A DNA stretch of 64,000 nucleotides from Naegleria gruberi (lineage: Eukaryota): assembly GCA_000004985.1 (NCBI GenBank), contig GG738921.1; one strand, given 5' to 3'. How positions within the stretch are numbered: position 1 is the first letter of the stretch; each line of letters starts with the position of its first letter. The translations under genes were made by a program, and so were the position numbers. Positions 9,835 to 21,200 of this stretch are shown here, piece by piece. The notes below the pieces were generated by a model. That model ran no database searches, was not told the DNA's origin, and worked only from the letters and a program-made list of their open reading frames with translations.

Positions 9835-12125
9835 TCAATAAAAAAAAAATTCTAATACTGTTTCACCATATTCGTTAAGCATTTCCAATTTAAAATCAGA
9901 ATCATTCTTTAACAAATCATCTGCAAAATATAATGCATACTCATCATATTGAGCTACCTCTTTCATGAATGACTTGTCTATTTTGAATGACACATCAATA
10001 TATTCCAATACTAAAACGTTTTGAATGACTGCTTCAATTACAATTTCCTTATCCATCTGTAATGATGAATCAAGAGAAAATAATACGAATCCATCATTTT
10101 GCAATGCAATCTTTACAATTTCTCTATCTTTTTGGAATTTTGGATCAACGTATTCCAATGCTGCTCCATCAATTTCAACCAATTGTAAAACAAAATCTCT
10201 ATCTTTCTTCCAAGATTCGTCTACATATGTCAATGCATGCACATTATTGCCTACTGCTGCTTTGATAATGTCTGGATCATTTTTGAAATCTTCACTCACA
10301 TATTCCAATGCTGTTCCCTTCTGTTTAACTGTTTCTAAAATGAATTTCTTATCATTCCTTATTAATTCATCGGCTTGTTGAATAGATGGTCGAAACTTCT
10401 TAATAACCTCTAATACAAGCTCCTTATCATTTTTATAATAATTTGGAGCTCTTGGTAAGATGGAAGCAGAATATAACTCCTCAATAAAATCATTCTGTGC
10501 AAACTCATTGATTGACTTCACTAGTGTATCTCTTGAAGTTTCGAATATTTCCTCAATGTTTTCAGTGAAATCGTTCTCACAGAAATCTAGATTGGATAGT
10601 GCTATTTGAAGAGCTTCCTCAACATGACTAAATTGTTTCATGATAAATTCTCTATTCCTTATTTTTTTCAATTCAATTCCTAGTTGTTCAATAACTTTTA
10701 AATTATTTTCAATATCATTCTTCAAAGATTCAACACAAGCCTGAAGCGATAATTTAAATCTTTCAACTGTCAATTGAATAATTTGTTCATCATGTTTAAG
10801 AGATGAATCTATTTCGAAATAGGCATTAGCATTCTGTTGAATAGCTGTTTCGATTATTTCTCTATCCTTCTTAAATGTAGCATTATTAACATAGGCAAGA
10901 GACGTTCCATCCTCTCTGACTGCTTCTAATACTATTTCTCTATCTATTTCATTAATATATTTCAATAAATATCCTTTCCTGTTAACAACTTGCATTATGA
11001 ATTGTCTATCCATTCTCAACAATTCATTATTTTCAAATGGATTGCATTTAAAATAAACATCACTAAATGAAAGGCATGCCAATATAATATCTCTATTATG
11101 AGTAAAATTATCATTAATACCTATTGGATATGATTTAAAAAAATCTGATGATAATCCATTTGTCTTGAATATTCTACTCAATATTTCACTTGCATTTGGC
11201 CTCATTTCATAATCGTCATTCAACATGGAAATTAGGATTTTGAAAAATTCAGTCCAACCTTCAATATCATCATCCAAATTAGCTTCCTTAATTATTTGTG
11301 AAATATTATTATTTTCCATGTGAATGATTAAATATTGATATATATCATCTAAATGATGTTGAATATCTAGGGATTCATTTTTTGGAAATATTACATTTAA
11401 TAATGATCTACCTAAACTCCAAATATCACTCCTGAAAGATATTAAACCTTGATTTAGGCATTCAGGTGCAATAAATCCAAAAGTCCCACATATGAAAGAA
11501 GAGGAAGAAGAACTCTCTGATAAATTTGATGGGTTTGAATCAACATCTTGAACTTTTGTAACAGTGACACCAATTCTATCAGAAGGTATTGGACATGCAT
11601 TCTCTCTAACACTTCCCAAATCTCCAATAATTGTCTCTATATGGAGAATATTATCCTCTTTTTTGGTAATTATTGTTTCTTGGAGGAATAAATTGTCTGG
11701 TTTGATATCACAATGAATTAAATTGTTATCATGAAGAGATTTTAGTCCATGACTGGTTTTAATTAGAATTTGAAGTAAATTTCCCAAATAGAGTTTAGGT
11801 TTCAAATTTCTATAATTAGACAAATTAATACCTCTATATTTGGAAATAATAATAGCTTCATTTCCATTCTTTTCAGTGATTTCATAAGTTAATATATTTG
11901 CATTGTGCATTTGTTTAGCTTTCATATTATGTTCAATTTCTCCATAATTATAAATTTAATTTTAACAACATAATGACCATTTAAATTTACATCGGTTCCA
12001 ATATATTTAGATTTGAATACAATAATACCGTCATTTCTTGCAAGTTTTAATGGTTCTTCAATTTGTAGTGCCAAGTGTTGGATGGTGATCTCCGATTTTG
12101 TGTGAATGGTTGAAATTAAACTCAT
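9835..12125 (-). CDS. Atypical protein kinase fused to a C-terminal array of DUF4116-like repeats. The frame is interrupted near 11922-11925.
   Basis: N-terminal ORF (12125..11922) with YVVKIK (beta3 Lys) but no classical Gly loop. Catalytic loop HCDIKPDN (HRD replaced by HCD), IGDLGS (DFG replaced by DLG), and APE (FIAPE). Then at least 8 repeats of the form DxEiVleAVkqnGxaLeYvsxefkkDkeiv, typical of DUF4116. There is a +1 frame change between ...MEKLNII* and MKAKQMHNAN. Confidence 0.65.
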
Positions 12126-12272
12126 TTCCTCCTCTTATTTTTTTTTAAAGTAATTTTAATTTTTGTAATTCCAAAACGTGATTTAGTTTACGACTATTCG
12201 AAAGATTACAAAATTTACTTCATGAGATTAAAAACAATATATAAATGAGAATTTGTGAAAATTAAGGTTATT

Positions 12273-13367
12273 TTAATTTAAGGTTGTGTATTGTTTCTTA
12301 CGATAAAACATGTAAAGTAATCCAATAATTGAGACAGAGAAACAAATAATCACGAAAAGACCACCTATGGTTGCTCCAACGATAATTCCAATATCTGAAC
12401 TGTCATCCTTTTTTGGATTAAATGGAGAAGGTGATTGACCATTGACAGTAAAATTTTGAGCATTTGAAACAGAGAATTCAGTACATGCAGAATTTCTGTT
12501 CAATTTTCCAAATAAGATATTCTTCAATTTTTGATCATTGCACAAATTGCACTTGTCATTAGAATTGACACATGACTTGACATTTGAATTAATAAGGGAA
12601 TAGTTTGAGAAAATTTCAAATTCACCAATAACTAGGGACTGAGAACCATTACACAAAGGTCCTTCAATAGTTTCAATCATCATTTCAAAATTTCCCAATT
12701 TAAATCTCGAAAGTGTTTTCGTCTCTGAAAATTTAACATAAAATTTGTGTTGCATGTCTTCAGTGACGAACCAATCCTTCTTTTCTACAAATTCATCACA
12801 GAAAGTAGTAGGATATCTTTCACTTTGTTCAAATTCTAATTCAATAAATGAATTCTTCAAGGTTAATTGAGTGCAATTGTTAGTCAATTGAGTTTGATAA
12901 GCATTTTGAGATGTTCCCGCTGTTCTGAAGAATTTTTGCCACTTTGAGCAAGCCATGGCTCTGTTGGACTCATCTGTGGAGGAAAACTTGCCAAAATATT
13001 CATAACATGGAGTAAGTGATGCACTGCCCAATCTAATACTTTCGTCGAAAATAGTATAGCTAACTGAGAACTCAATCACAAGATCTCTTGTATTTCCTTC
13101 ATAATTAAAATCAACAACTTGTACATGTGCATACTGTTCACTGAAAAACATGTGCATTTGATTGAAATTGCTAGGATTGGTCGAGTATTTAAAACCGTTC
13201 ATGGTTGTTGTGAAATTCTTTCCAATTAAAAAATCTCTTGTGATGCTGGTTGGACATTCATCACACAAGATGACATTCAATAGACAACAACAGGATATGA
13301 CCAATAGGATGGACAACAACAGGAAGTGGAGATTGACAGTTCGCATTATTGAATTATTTTTTAACAA
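12273..13367 (-). CDS. Type I transmembrane glycoprotein with an N-terminal signal peptide, a Cys-rich ectodomain, and a single C-terminal TM helix. Lineage-specific.
   Basis: 364 aa ORF. Hydrophobic leader LHFLLLSILLVISCCCLL, many N-x-S/T sites, and a C-terminal hydrophobic stretch IGIIVGATIGGLFVIICFSVSIIGLLYMFY followed by RKKQ. Confidence 0.55.
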   Translation of the reverse strand: MLKNNSIMRTVNLHFLLLSILLVISCCCLLNVILCDECPTSITRDFLIGKNFTTTMNGFKYSTNPSNFNQMHMFFSEQYAHVQVVDFNYEGNTRDLVIEFSVSYTIFDESIRLGSASLTPCYEYFGKFSSTDESNRAMACSKWQKFFRTAGTSQNAYQTQLTNNCTQLTLKNSFIELEFEQSERYPTTFCDEFVEKKDWFVTEDMQHKFYVKFSETKTLSRFKLGNFEMMIETIEGPLCNGSQSLVIGEFEIFSNYSLINSNVKSCVNSNDKCNLCNDQKLKNILFGKLNRNSACTEFSVSNAQNFTVNGQSPSPFNPKKDDSSDIGIIVGATIGGLFVIICFSVSIIGLLYMFYRKKQYTTLN

Positions 13368-13693
13368 TTTGAAATAATTTGAGATTCGATTAGAATTAAA
13401 CTATTTAAGATAATTATCTTGGTGGATGTTATATGGAGTTTTGCGCATGTGGAATTATATTGGAATCTATTTGGCATTCAAGAAAAGTGTGTAACGGAGT
13501 TAAATTACAGTGACCATACTTATTGAGTATGAGATACAATGTTCCCATAGCTGAGGATTCGTGTATTAATATATCCATTACTGTTCGTTCTTATTCTCTC
13601 ACTTCTTTTATTAATAAACTACTAGAAATGTACATTTCTATTATTGAACCGATGTGAATGAATAAACAAAGAAATATTTCATAGTGAATGTAT

Positions 13694-13765
13694 TCCCGTG
13701 TAGTCCAATGGCTAGGATACCTGGCTTTCACCCAGGAGGTCCGGGTTCAATTCCCGGCATGGGAG
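13694..13765 (+). tRNA. tRNA-Glu (anticodon UUC), 72 nt.
   Basis: Cloverleaf: acceptor TCCCGTG/CATGGGA (one G-U pair), D arm GTCC-AATGGCTA-GGAT, anticodon stem CCTGG/CCAGG with loop CTTTCAC, T arm CCGGG-TTCAATT-CCCGG, discriminator G. Confidence 0.9.
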
Positions 13766-13840
13766 GATAATTTTACATTTTCAAATGCGGAATAGTTTGG
13801 TTATCATCTCCGGATTTATTTCTGAAACACTGCAAAAAAA

Positions 13841-16716
13841 ATGGCAAACTCCTTTTCTTTCATCTTGTTTGCCATCTTGGTTTTGAATTGGGCCTTGTTA
13901 GCCAATTGTAATTTGACTTTTTCACAACAAACATTCAACACTCTCCTCAACTCAACCCAAACTTCAACTCTATCACTGACAATGTACATGGGAGGTGGAA
14001 CAACCATCAAAAACAGTAACAACAGCACATGTGGAATGTCTGTGGATAATCCATGTACAAACTTTAATCAATTATTATTAACTTTTAATTGGACACTCTT
14101 TAGTCAATTTGAGAATTTCACAAAAGCAACATCGGCAGGTGAAAGAAACGTTCACTTGAAGATACTGATACTTCCAGATGGCAGTATTTTCTGTCCTATC
14201 AATCCAGTTAATTTATCTCCTTCAATGAATTATCATTTAGAATTTACGAAACTAGTCGAATCATCAACAATAACACCCATCTTGACCTGCCTCAACACAC
14301 AAGATGGAAATGGCATTTCCATTCCTNNNNNNNNNNNNNNNNNNNNNNNNNNNNNNNNNNNNNNNNNNNNNNNNNNNNNNNNNNNNNNNNNNNNNNNNNN
14401 NNNNNNNNNNNNNNNNNNNNNNNNNNNNNNNNNNNNNNNNNNNNNNNNNNNNNNNNNNNNNNNNNNNNNNNNNNNNNNNNNNNNNNNNNNNNNNNNNNNN
14501 NNNNNNNNNNNNNNNNNNNNNNNNNNNNNNNNNNNNNNNNNNNNNNNNNNNNNNNNNNNNNNNNNNNNNNNNNNNNNNNNNNNNNNNNNNNNNNNNNNNN
14601 NNNNNNNNNNNNNNNNNNNNNNNNNNNNNNNNNNNNNNNNNNNNNNNNNNNNNNNNNNNNNNNNNNNNNNNNNNNNNNNNNNNNNNNNNNNNNNNNNNNN
14701 NNNNNNNNNNNNNNNNNNNNNNNNNNNNNNNNNNNNNNNNNNNNNNNNNNNNNNNNNNNNNNNNNNNNNNNNNNNNNNNNNNNNNNNNNNNNNNNNNNNN
14801 NNNNNNNNNNNNNNNNNNNNNNNNNNNNNNNNNNNNNNNNNNNNNNNNNNNNNNNNNNNNNNNNNNNNNNNNNNNNNNNNNNNNNNNNNNNNNNNNNNNN
14901 NNNNNNNNNNNNNNNNNNNNNNNNNNNNNNNNNNNNNNNNNNNNNNNNNNNNNNNNNNNNNNNNNNNNNNNNNNNNNNNNNNNNNNNNNNNNNNNNNNNN
15001 NNNNNNNNNNNNNNNNNNNNNNNNNNNNNNNNNNNNNNNNNNNNNNNNNNNNNNNNNNNNNNNNNNNNNNNNNNNNNNNNNNNNNNNNNNNNNNNNNNNN
15101 NNNNNNNNNNNNNNNNNNNNNNNNNNNNNNNNNNNNNNNNNNNNNNNNNNNNNNNNNNNNNNNNNNNNNNNNNNNNNNNNNNNNNNNNNNNNNNNNNNNN
15201 NNNNNNNNNNNNNNNNNNNNNNNNNNNNNNNNNNNNNNNNNNNNNNNNNNNNNNNNNNNNNNNNNNNNNNNNNNNNNNNNNNNNNNNNNNNNNNNNNNNN
15301 NNNNNNNNNNNNNNNNNNNNNNNNNNNNNNNNNNNNNNNNNNNNNNNNNNNNNNNNNNNNNNNNNNNNNNNNNNNNNNNNNNNNNNNNNNNNNNNNNNNN
15401 NNNNNNNNNNNNNNNNNNNNNNNNNNNNNNNNNNNNNNNNNNNNNNNNNNNNNNNNNNNNNNNNNNNNNNNNNNNNNNNNNNNNNNNNNNNNNNNNNNNN
15501 NNNNNNNNNNNNNNNNNNNNTTGGAATAGCATTAGGTTTTGGAATATTCTTTGTGTGGAAAATTGTAAAGAAATTGAGAAAACTGAAAAGTAAGGAGAAG
15601 GCAGAGAAACAAATTGAAGAAAAACTTTTAGACAAGCGACTTATTTTCAATATGAATGACGAGGAGGATGAATATTATGAGGGCTCCACACCAAATATTG
15701 AAAGAAGCAAATCATCTTATGGGAAAGTATCTGAAAAGGAGTTAGTTTCTTCATTGATTGACAGTGAAAAGAAGAAATCAAAACATTCTTTCAGTTTTTC
15801 ATCCTCTTACATTATTCCAATTGAAGACATATCAATTATTAAAAAGATTGGAGAAGGAGGCGCAGCTAATGTATATTATGGTACATGGACCAATATTAAA
15901 GTGGCTATCAAGTCACTCAAGATTGACAGTTTTGATGATGATTTTGAGAATGAAGCAGCCATCCTCAGTTTAATTAGACATCCAAACATTCTGACATTCT
16001 ATGGAGTATGTTTGACTGATAAGAGTCGATATATTGTGACTGAATATATGGAAAATGGCTCTCTAGACAGGTATATATTTTTGAATAAGAACAGAGCATT
16101 GAATATTGACCTATTCAAATCAAATATTGGAATTTTGTGTGGAATTGTGGATGGTATGCAATATTTACACTCTCTTAAACCTTCAATTATTCACAGAGAT
16201 TTGAAATCGAGTAATATATTGTTGGACGAAAGAAATACTCCAAAAGTTTCTGATTTTGGTCTTGTTAAAGTATTGGGAAACAATACAATCAGTCAAATTA
16301 CAAAAGGAATTGGTACAGTGTATTATTTAGCTCCAGAAACATTCATTGCTGAACATCAAATTGAAAATAAGGAAGAGGCAACCAAGTTGGACATTTACAG
16401 TTTTGCAATAATCATGTGGGAATTATTCTTTCGAATGAGTCCTTATCATCATGTGAAAAATCCATTCAAAGTGCCTCAAATGGTTGTCAATGGAGAAAGA
16501 CCTCAAATTCCCTTCAATATTGAAAATGATACGGAAATCAAAGAATGGCTTTCAATTCAAGCATTGGAAATTTCATCGTCTGACAATTCTTTCATTAATG
16601 GTATTAAGAAATACTTCTCACTCATTCTCCAATGTTGGAATCAAAATCCATTACAAAGACCTACATTCCTGACAATTAGAAGAGAATTGGATGAGATTTA
16701 CAATCTAATCGGTTGA
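13841..16716 (+). CDS. Receptor-like TKL-group protein kinase. The gene spans the assembly gap. Domain order: signal peptide, N-glycosylated ectodomain, [gap], TM helix, Ser/Thr/Tyr kinase.
   Basis: 5' ORF MANSFSFILFAILVLNWALLANC... with many NxS/T sites runs into the N run at 14327. Immediately after the gap, the same strand reads LGIALGFGIFFVWKIVKKLRKLK (a TM helix plus basic stop-transfer). Then a complete kinase follows: GEGGAANVYYG, VAIK, HRDLKSSNILL, DFG, APE. It ends at 16716. Confidence 0.65.
14327..15520. other. Assembly gap (1194 N).
   Basis: Run of N. ORFs 14264..15532, 14292..15650 and 14304..15593 in the track are artefacts of translating N. Confidence 1.
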
Positions 16717-16876
16717 ATGCAATCTATCCTCAATCCTTTTTTATTTCATAGATTGTCCGAGTTCAAATTACAAAACTTTACAAAATCAAATGAAGTGTCG
16801 ATATGATTCATGCACAGATGAACTTGGAATTTGGGTAATTTTCAAAATAGCACAAAAAAAAACAAAAATAAAAAAA

Positions 16877-18104
16877 ATGTTCTCACTTCTCAAGAAGATA
16901 ACTGGTTCTGGTCAACAGCAACAACCAATCATTTCTAGAAAGATCAATAGTGAAGCAAGACTTTCGGAGAATGATATGAAGGATTTGGAAAAGTTAACCA
17001 ATGAATTAAATTCTAAAATTTCATCACCCAATTTGAGAGCCTTGTTGGCTATTTATTCAAAGAATATTGATGAGATCAATGGCTCGGAAGTTGTGTTGGA
17101 TCAATCGATTGCGGATTTGGAAAATAGATTCTTATCGGTTCATAAAGAACAAAAGTCTTTGATTTTTGCTCATCCTGAATTGTCCAACTCGAATGAAGAT
17201 GAAGAAATGGTCGACGGAGAAGATATGTATGAATATATTAAAAAGAAGAGTATGATCAAGAATGAATTAAAGAAATTGAATAGTGAATTTTCCAAATCCA
17301 AGATAACCTATTGTCACTATTTCTGTAAAGAAGAAACTGATTTTATTCAAAAGAATGGAAACAAAAAGGATGAATGCAAATCTTATATTTTACGACCAAG
17401 TGTTGCTTTTGATCCGTTTATTGTAACCGGTGAAGATTTTCATTTCAGATTGGCATCTTCGTTTCTTAATCATGCAAATGCTGGATTTACTTTGAATGAA
17501 GTGACATACGTTTGTAATCCATACAACTTGAAGAAATTCAATGAAAAGAAGAGAGAATTGGCTAAACGTCACAATTTTATGCTCGATTCAATGAAGCCAC
17601 TCATTCTATTCCATGGTAACAGATTGGAATCAAACTATGATAGTATTATGAAAACTAATTTTTCAATTTCAAAGGTTGGTTCAAACACTGGTAATTTAGG
17701 ATATTACGGAAAGGTAAGTTTACAATATATTGACAATAATTTAACACTCTAAAGGGAGTTTATTTCAGTTCCATTCCTTCGTATAGTGCTGCATATGCAG
17801 GTACTAATATACTTCTTGTTTGTTTGGTGTTTACAGGAAAGGCATATCCCCTCCAGCAAATTACAATGGGTTGTCCAAGACAGGAAGGTGAGTTTTCAAA
17901 TAATTTGAACAATAATTATTTAACAATTCCTTATTTGAAATAGGTTACGATTCACACACATCCCCTGATGGCTATTCAGAAGTTGTGATTTTTGATGAAG
18001 ATCAAATATTACCAGTATGTTATTATTATTTAGAACTCTATCTATATCTAATCGTTTCAATTTCATTACTTTGATAGATTTACAAAATCAAATATTCTGT
18101 TTAA
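16877..18104 (+). CDS. PARP-family mono-ADP-ribosyltransferase (H-Y-L type). Four exons: join(16877..17713, 17755..17887, 17944..18014, 18078..18104).
   Basis: ATG at 16877 after an A-rich leader. Catalytic-domain motifs: LILFHGN (H-G), GYYGK|GVYFSS (YGKG-V-YF) split by a 41-nt intron (GTAAGT...AAAG), SYSAAY, and NILLVCLVFTGKAY. The NILLVCLVFTGKAY segment aligns Leu with PARP1 Glu988. The C-terminal ...EVVIFDEDQILPIYKIKYSV* is PARP-like. Introns are 41, 56 and 63 nt. Confidence 0.7.
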
Positions 18105-18293
18105 GTTGTAAAATATATAAGAAATGTAAATAAGAAGGAACAGAAAATAAACTAAACGCAACAAAGAAATTAATTTCGGAAGGAATAGGTTCAAATTATC
18201 ATGTTTCGCAAATTACATTGGAAGATTTGCCCCTTTATTAAACGATTGATTTTTTTAATACGTTTAGTTGTTGGATTCGTATTTGGTTGTAAA

Positions 18294-21200
18294 TCATTCC
18301 TCTTCTGCTTCTTCTCTATTGTATCCAAATGGATGACAAGTTTTTCTACTCATTAAGGCAAGACAACAATTTACAACATATTCAAAGTAAGGCTTTCCAT
18401 CTACATGGATTAGTTTGGGTTGATAGTAGGCTCTTTGTACTGCATTCCTTCCTGAACTTGCAAGTGAATGAAATGTATTTTTGAAAACAAAGAATGATTC
18501 TGTGTGGAAATCAGAATTTGCAAATATTGCTTTAACTTTGATTGATTCCAATTCGTTTTCTTTGTCATTGTAATCAAATGAACATAGATATAGGTATAAT
18601 GATGAGTTTTCTCTAAAATCCTTAACCTCTGTTAATTATCGCGTAGAGAAATACAGTGTTTGTAACTAATTTCATAAAACTACTTACTATTGGCAACACC
18701 CAAGTGATTGAAACAAGCTGAAAACTTGGCTCCAAATGCTGTGAACTTATCTGAATAACAACATCTATCAATATTATCAGGACTAACACGAAATGTCAAA
18801 GTATGGATGGATAATGGAAACTCTGTTGCCCATCTATGAACAATAGGAGGATAATTAGTTGAGGATGATTCCTTTCTTCCAACATGGAACATTTCAATAT
18901 TATTGAAAGGTTTGAATGGTTCTTCCTCAACTTTCTTCATCCCAACCACAAATTTAAACTTGAGAAAATCATCGTCATCTGTTGAGTAAGCGGCAATATG
19001 GGTCTTATCAAGAAATATTCCATAAGATGCTTTAGGCATAATGAATTTTCTACTGTGAACAAGATAGGATTGAGGTTCTAGATCAAAATTACAAATAAAA
19101 AAGTCGAGTCTTATTCTATCAAATACCTGTTGCTTATTCTCTACTGGAATTGTGGAATTTAGTGTTAAAAATACTGTAGAATTGCCCAAACATTCATCTT
19201 CATCATCTGTTTCCGATTAGACAATTAGAAAATTAATAAAACGTAACATACCTGGCAGAAGCTCCACAACCCACTCGTGTCCAAACTGTATGAAAGGTTC
19301 AGAATAATAGCTAGTATTAAAAGGGCCAGTTTTTGGTACCTTAACATCTGCAATATGAATGGTATAATCTTTTTTCTGTGGTGGAATATTTTCCTGCACA
19401 AATTGGAAAAGGTCTTCTCCTATAGGTTTCAATATTGGCTTAATTTTTGTTTCTGTGAACTCTGTATCTATTTTTGCTTTCTTTTCTGCAATAAGTTCTA
19501 AGGTTTTCTTAGAAGATTTGAAAAATTCATTGGACATAACTAGGTTGATAAAGTCCAAAATGCTATCATTTTGTGGGAAATGATCCACTACTGCAATAAC
19601 AGTATTAATAATAACATGTCCAGAAAAATTACAAATTTCTTGTTTCCCATCAATAAACTGATGTAAAACTCTACTGATCATCTTTTGTGTGCAATTTTGA
19701 ATATTATCATATATCAAACATTGTATGATACACTCAAAACAATTGAAAAAACTGGTGAACCTCCCTAAATCCATTAAAATATTAGCAACAACACAAAATT
19801 CAGTTTGAGATAATATTTTAGGTATTAACTTTTCCAGATCGTGAATATTATTTTCCTCAAATATAATTTTTCCTTCTTTCCATAGTACATCCAAAAGATC
19901 AAATATTCCATAAAAGTCCACACTAGTTTCATCTTGAAAAGCAGTCAGAAAAAGTTTACAAATTTCGGCTTTCGAAATGTCTAAAAAAACATAGCTGGAT
20001 AGTTGTTCAATAGCTAAACATGCATCTTTCATTTCTCTTAAATATATTCTTTCTCTTACATAGGAAAGACATTGATCAATATCATTATAATCAATTGTTG
20101 GGTAAATCCGTTTTGTGCTTAGTGGTTCTTCTTTCATTATAACGGTAACCCTGTTAACTTCTTGTTCAAAAAGAGAATAATCTGCGCTCAATACTCTAGA
20201 GTCAAAGCATTCCAACAGTAAAACTCTACAATTGGTGAATTGTCTGAAATATTGTGTCGATTCTTGTGTAAGGCCGTCATTGTACTCTATTTTTAGGATA
20301 TCCAACTCATCAGATAGGGGAATAATATCCTTAATAAATTCATCTTGAATCTTACACCTTGAAAACACTAATTCTTTTAAAATTTTTGTAGAGAGTAGCC
20401 AGTCTTTGAATCCAATTTCTGCTCCAGTAATCTCTCCGACAAAAGAAAGATTAGTAATGTTACTTGGAAAAGTGCACTCTTGTAAGTTAGTAACTTGCTC
20501 ACCAAAGCATACTTTCAATGTTGTCAAATTCTTGAATTCTCCAAGATATTTTAGATATTCAACATTCTCGTTGGTTACCCTTACATTAAGAACCTTTAGA
20601 GAACTCCTAGGTAAATGAGGAATAACTGAAGCTTCAATGGCCTCACCTAAAACTTCTTCCAGTTTGCAATTTACTATTGCTTGGATATTTTGATGAATAA
20701 TTTTATCTTCGAACTGTTCACCTTGCAGATCCAATATTTTTAAATCTTCACAGTCATGGAGAAATGAATGGTTCCTCCTCAATATCAATATAAGTATCAG
20801 TATGGTACAGCAGTTTTTCCAAATGTTGTCCTATTAAAGCCTTAACAACATTAAAACAAATTATTTCGTTAGTACCTCCATAAATTTTAAGAATTCTGAG
20901 TTGTAAACAACTTTTCAATTGTTCCAAAATATCTTCTTTTACAATTGTAAATTGAAAATTTCTAGGAAAGTCTAATGTTAATTTAGACAACTTAGAGAGA
21001 TTACAGAGACAACCTAGCAATGTATCTAACTCATATGAGGGATCATATTCATTAGTGAAAACAACATTCAATCTTTCTAATGTTCTTGAAAGGATGCTCA
21101 AATTCTTTTGGAGATTCAATATTGTTTCATCAGAAGTTGATTTCCATACCACCTTGAGCTTTTTCAAATGGGAGAATGAATTAGATGAAAATACTGAAAA

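Noticed and set aside
10025-10381. Plus-strand ORFs inside the kinase/DUF4116 gene.
   Set aside because: They are antisense to a well-supported minus-strand CDS and have low-complexity composition.
13380-13700. Possible tRNA-targeted retroelement (TRE-like) upstream of tRNA-Glu, and similarly near the tRNA-Tyr and tRNA-Gly-like loci.
   Set aside because: No reverse-transcriptase, integrase or gag-like ORFs, and no long terminal or target-site repeats, were seen within 2 kb of any tRNA.
14264-15650. Three long ORFs (422-452 aa) made almost entirely of X.
   Set aside because: They are translations of the N-run assembly gap. They are not sequence.
19246-19258. ACATACCTGGCAG, resembling the 5' end of U1 snRNA.
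   Set aside because: It is simply the complement of a minus-strand 5' splice site (CTGCCAG|GTATGT) of the MATH-domain exon junction. It is not a U1 gene.
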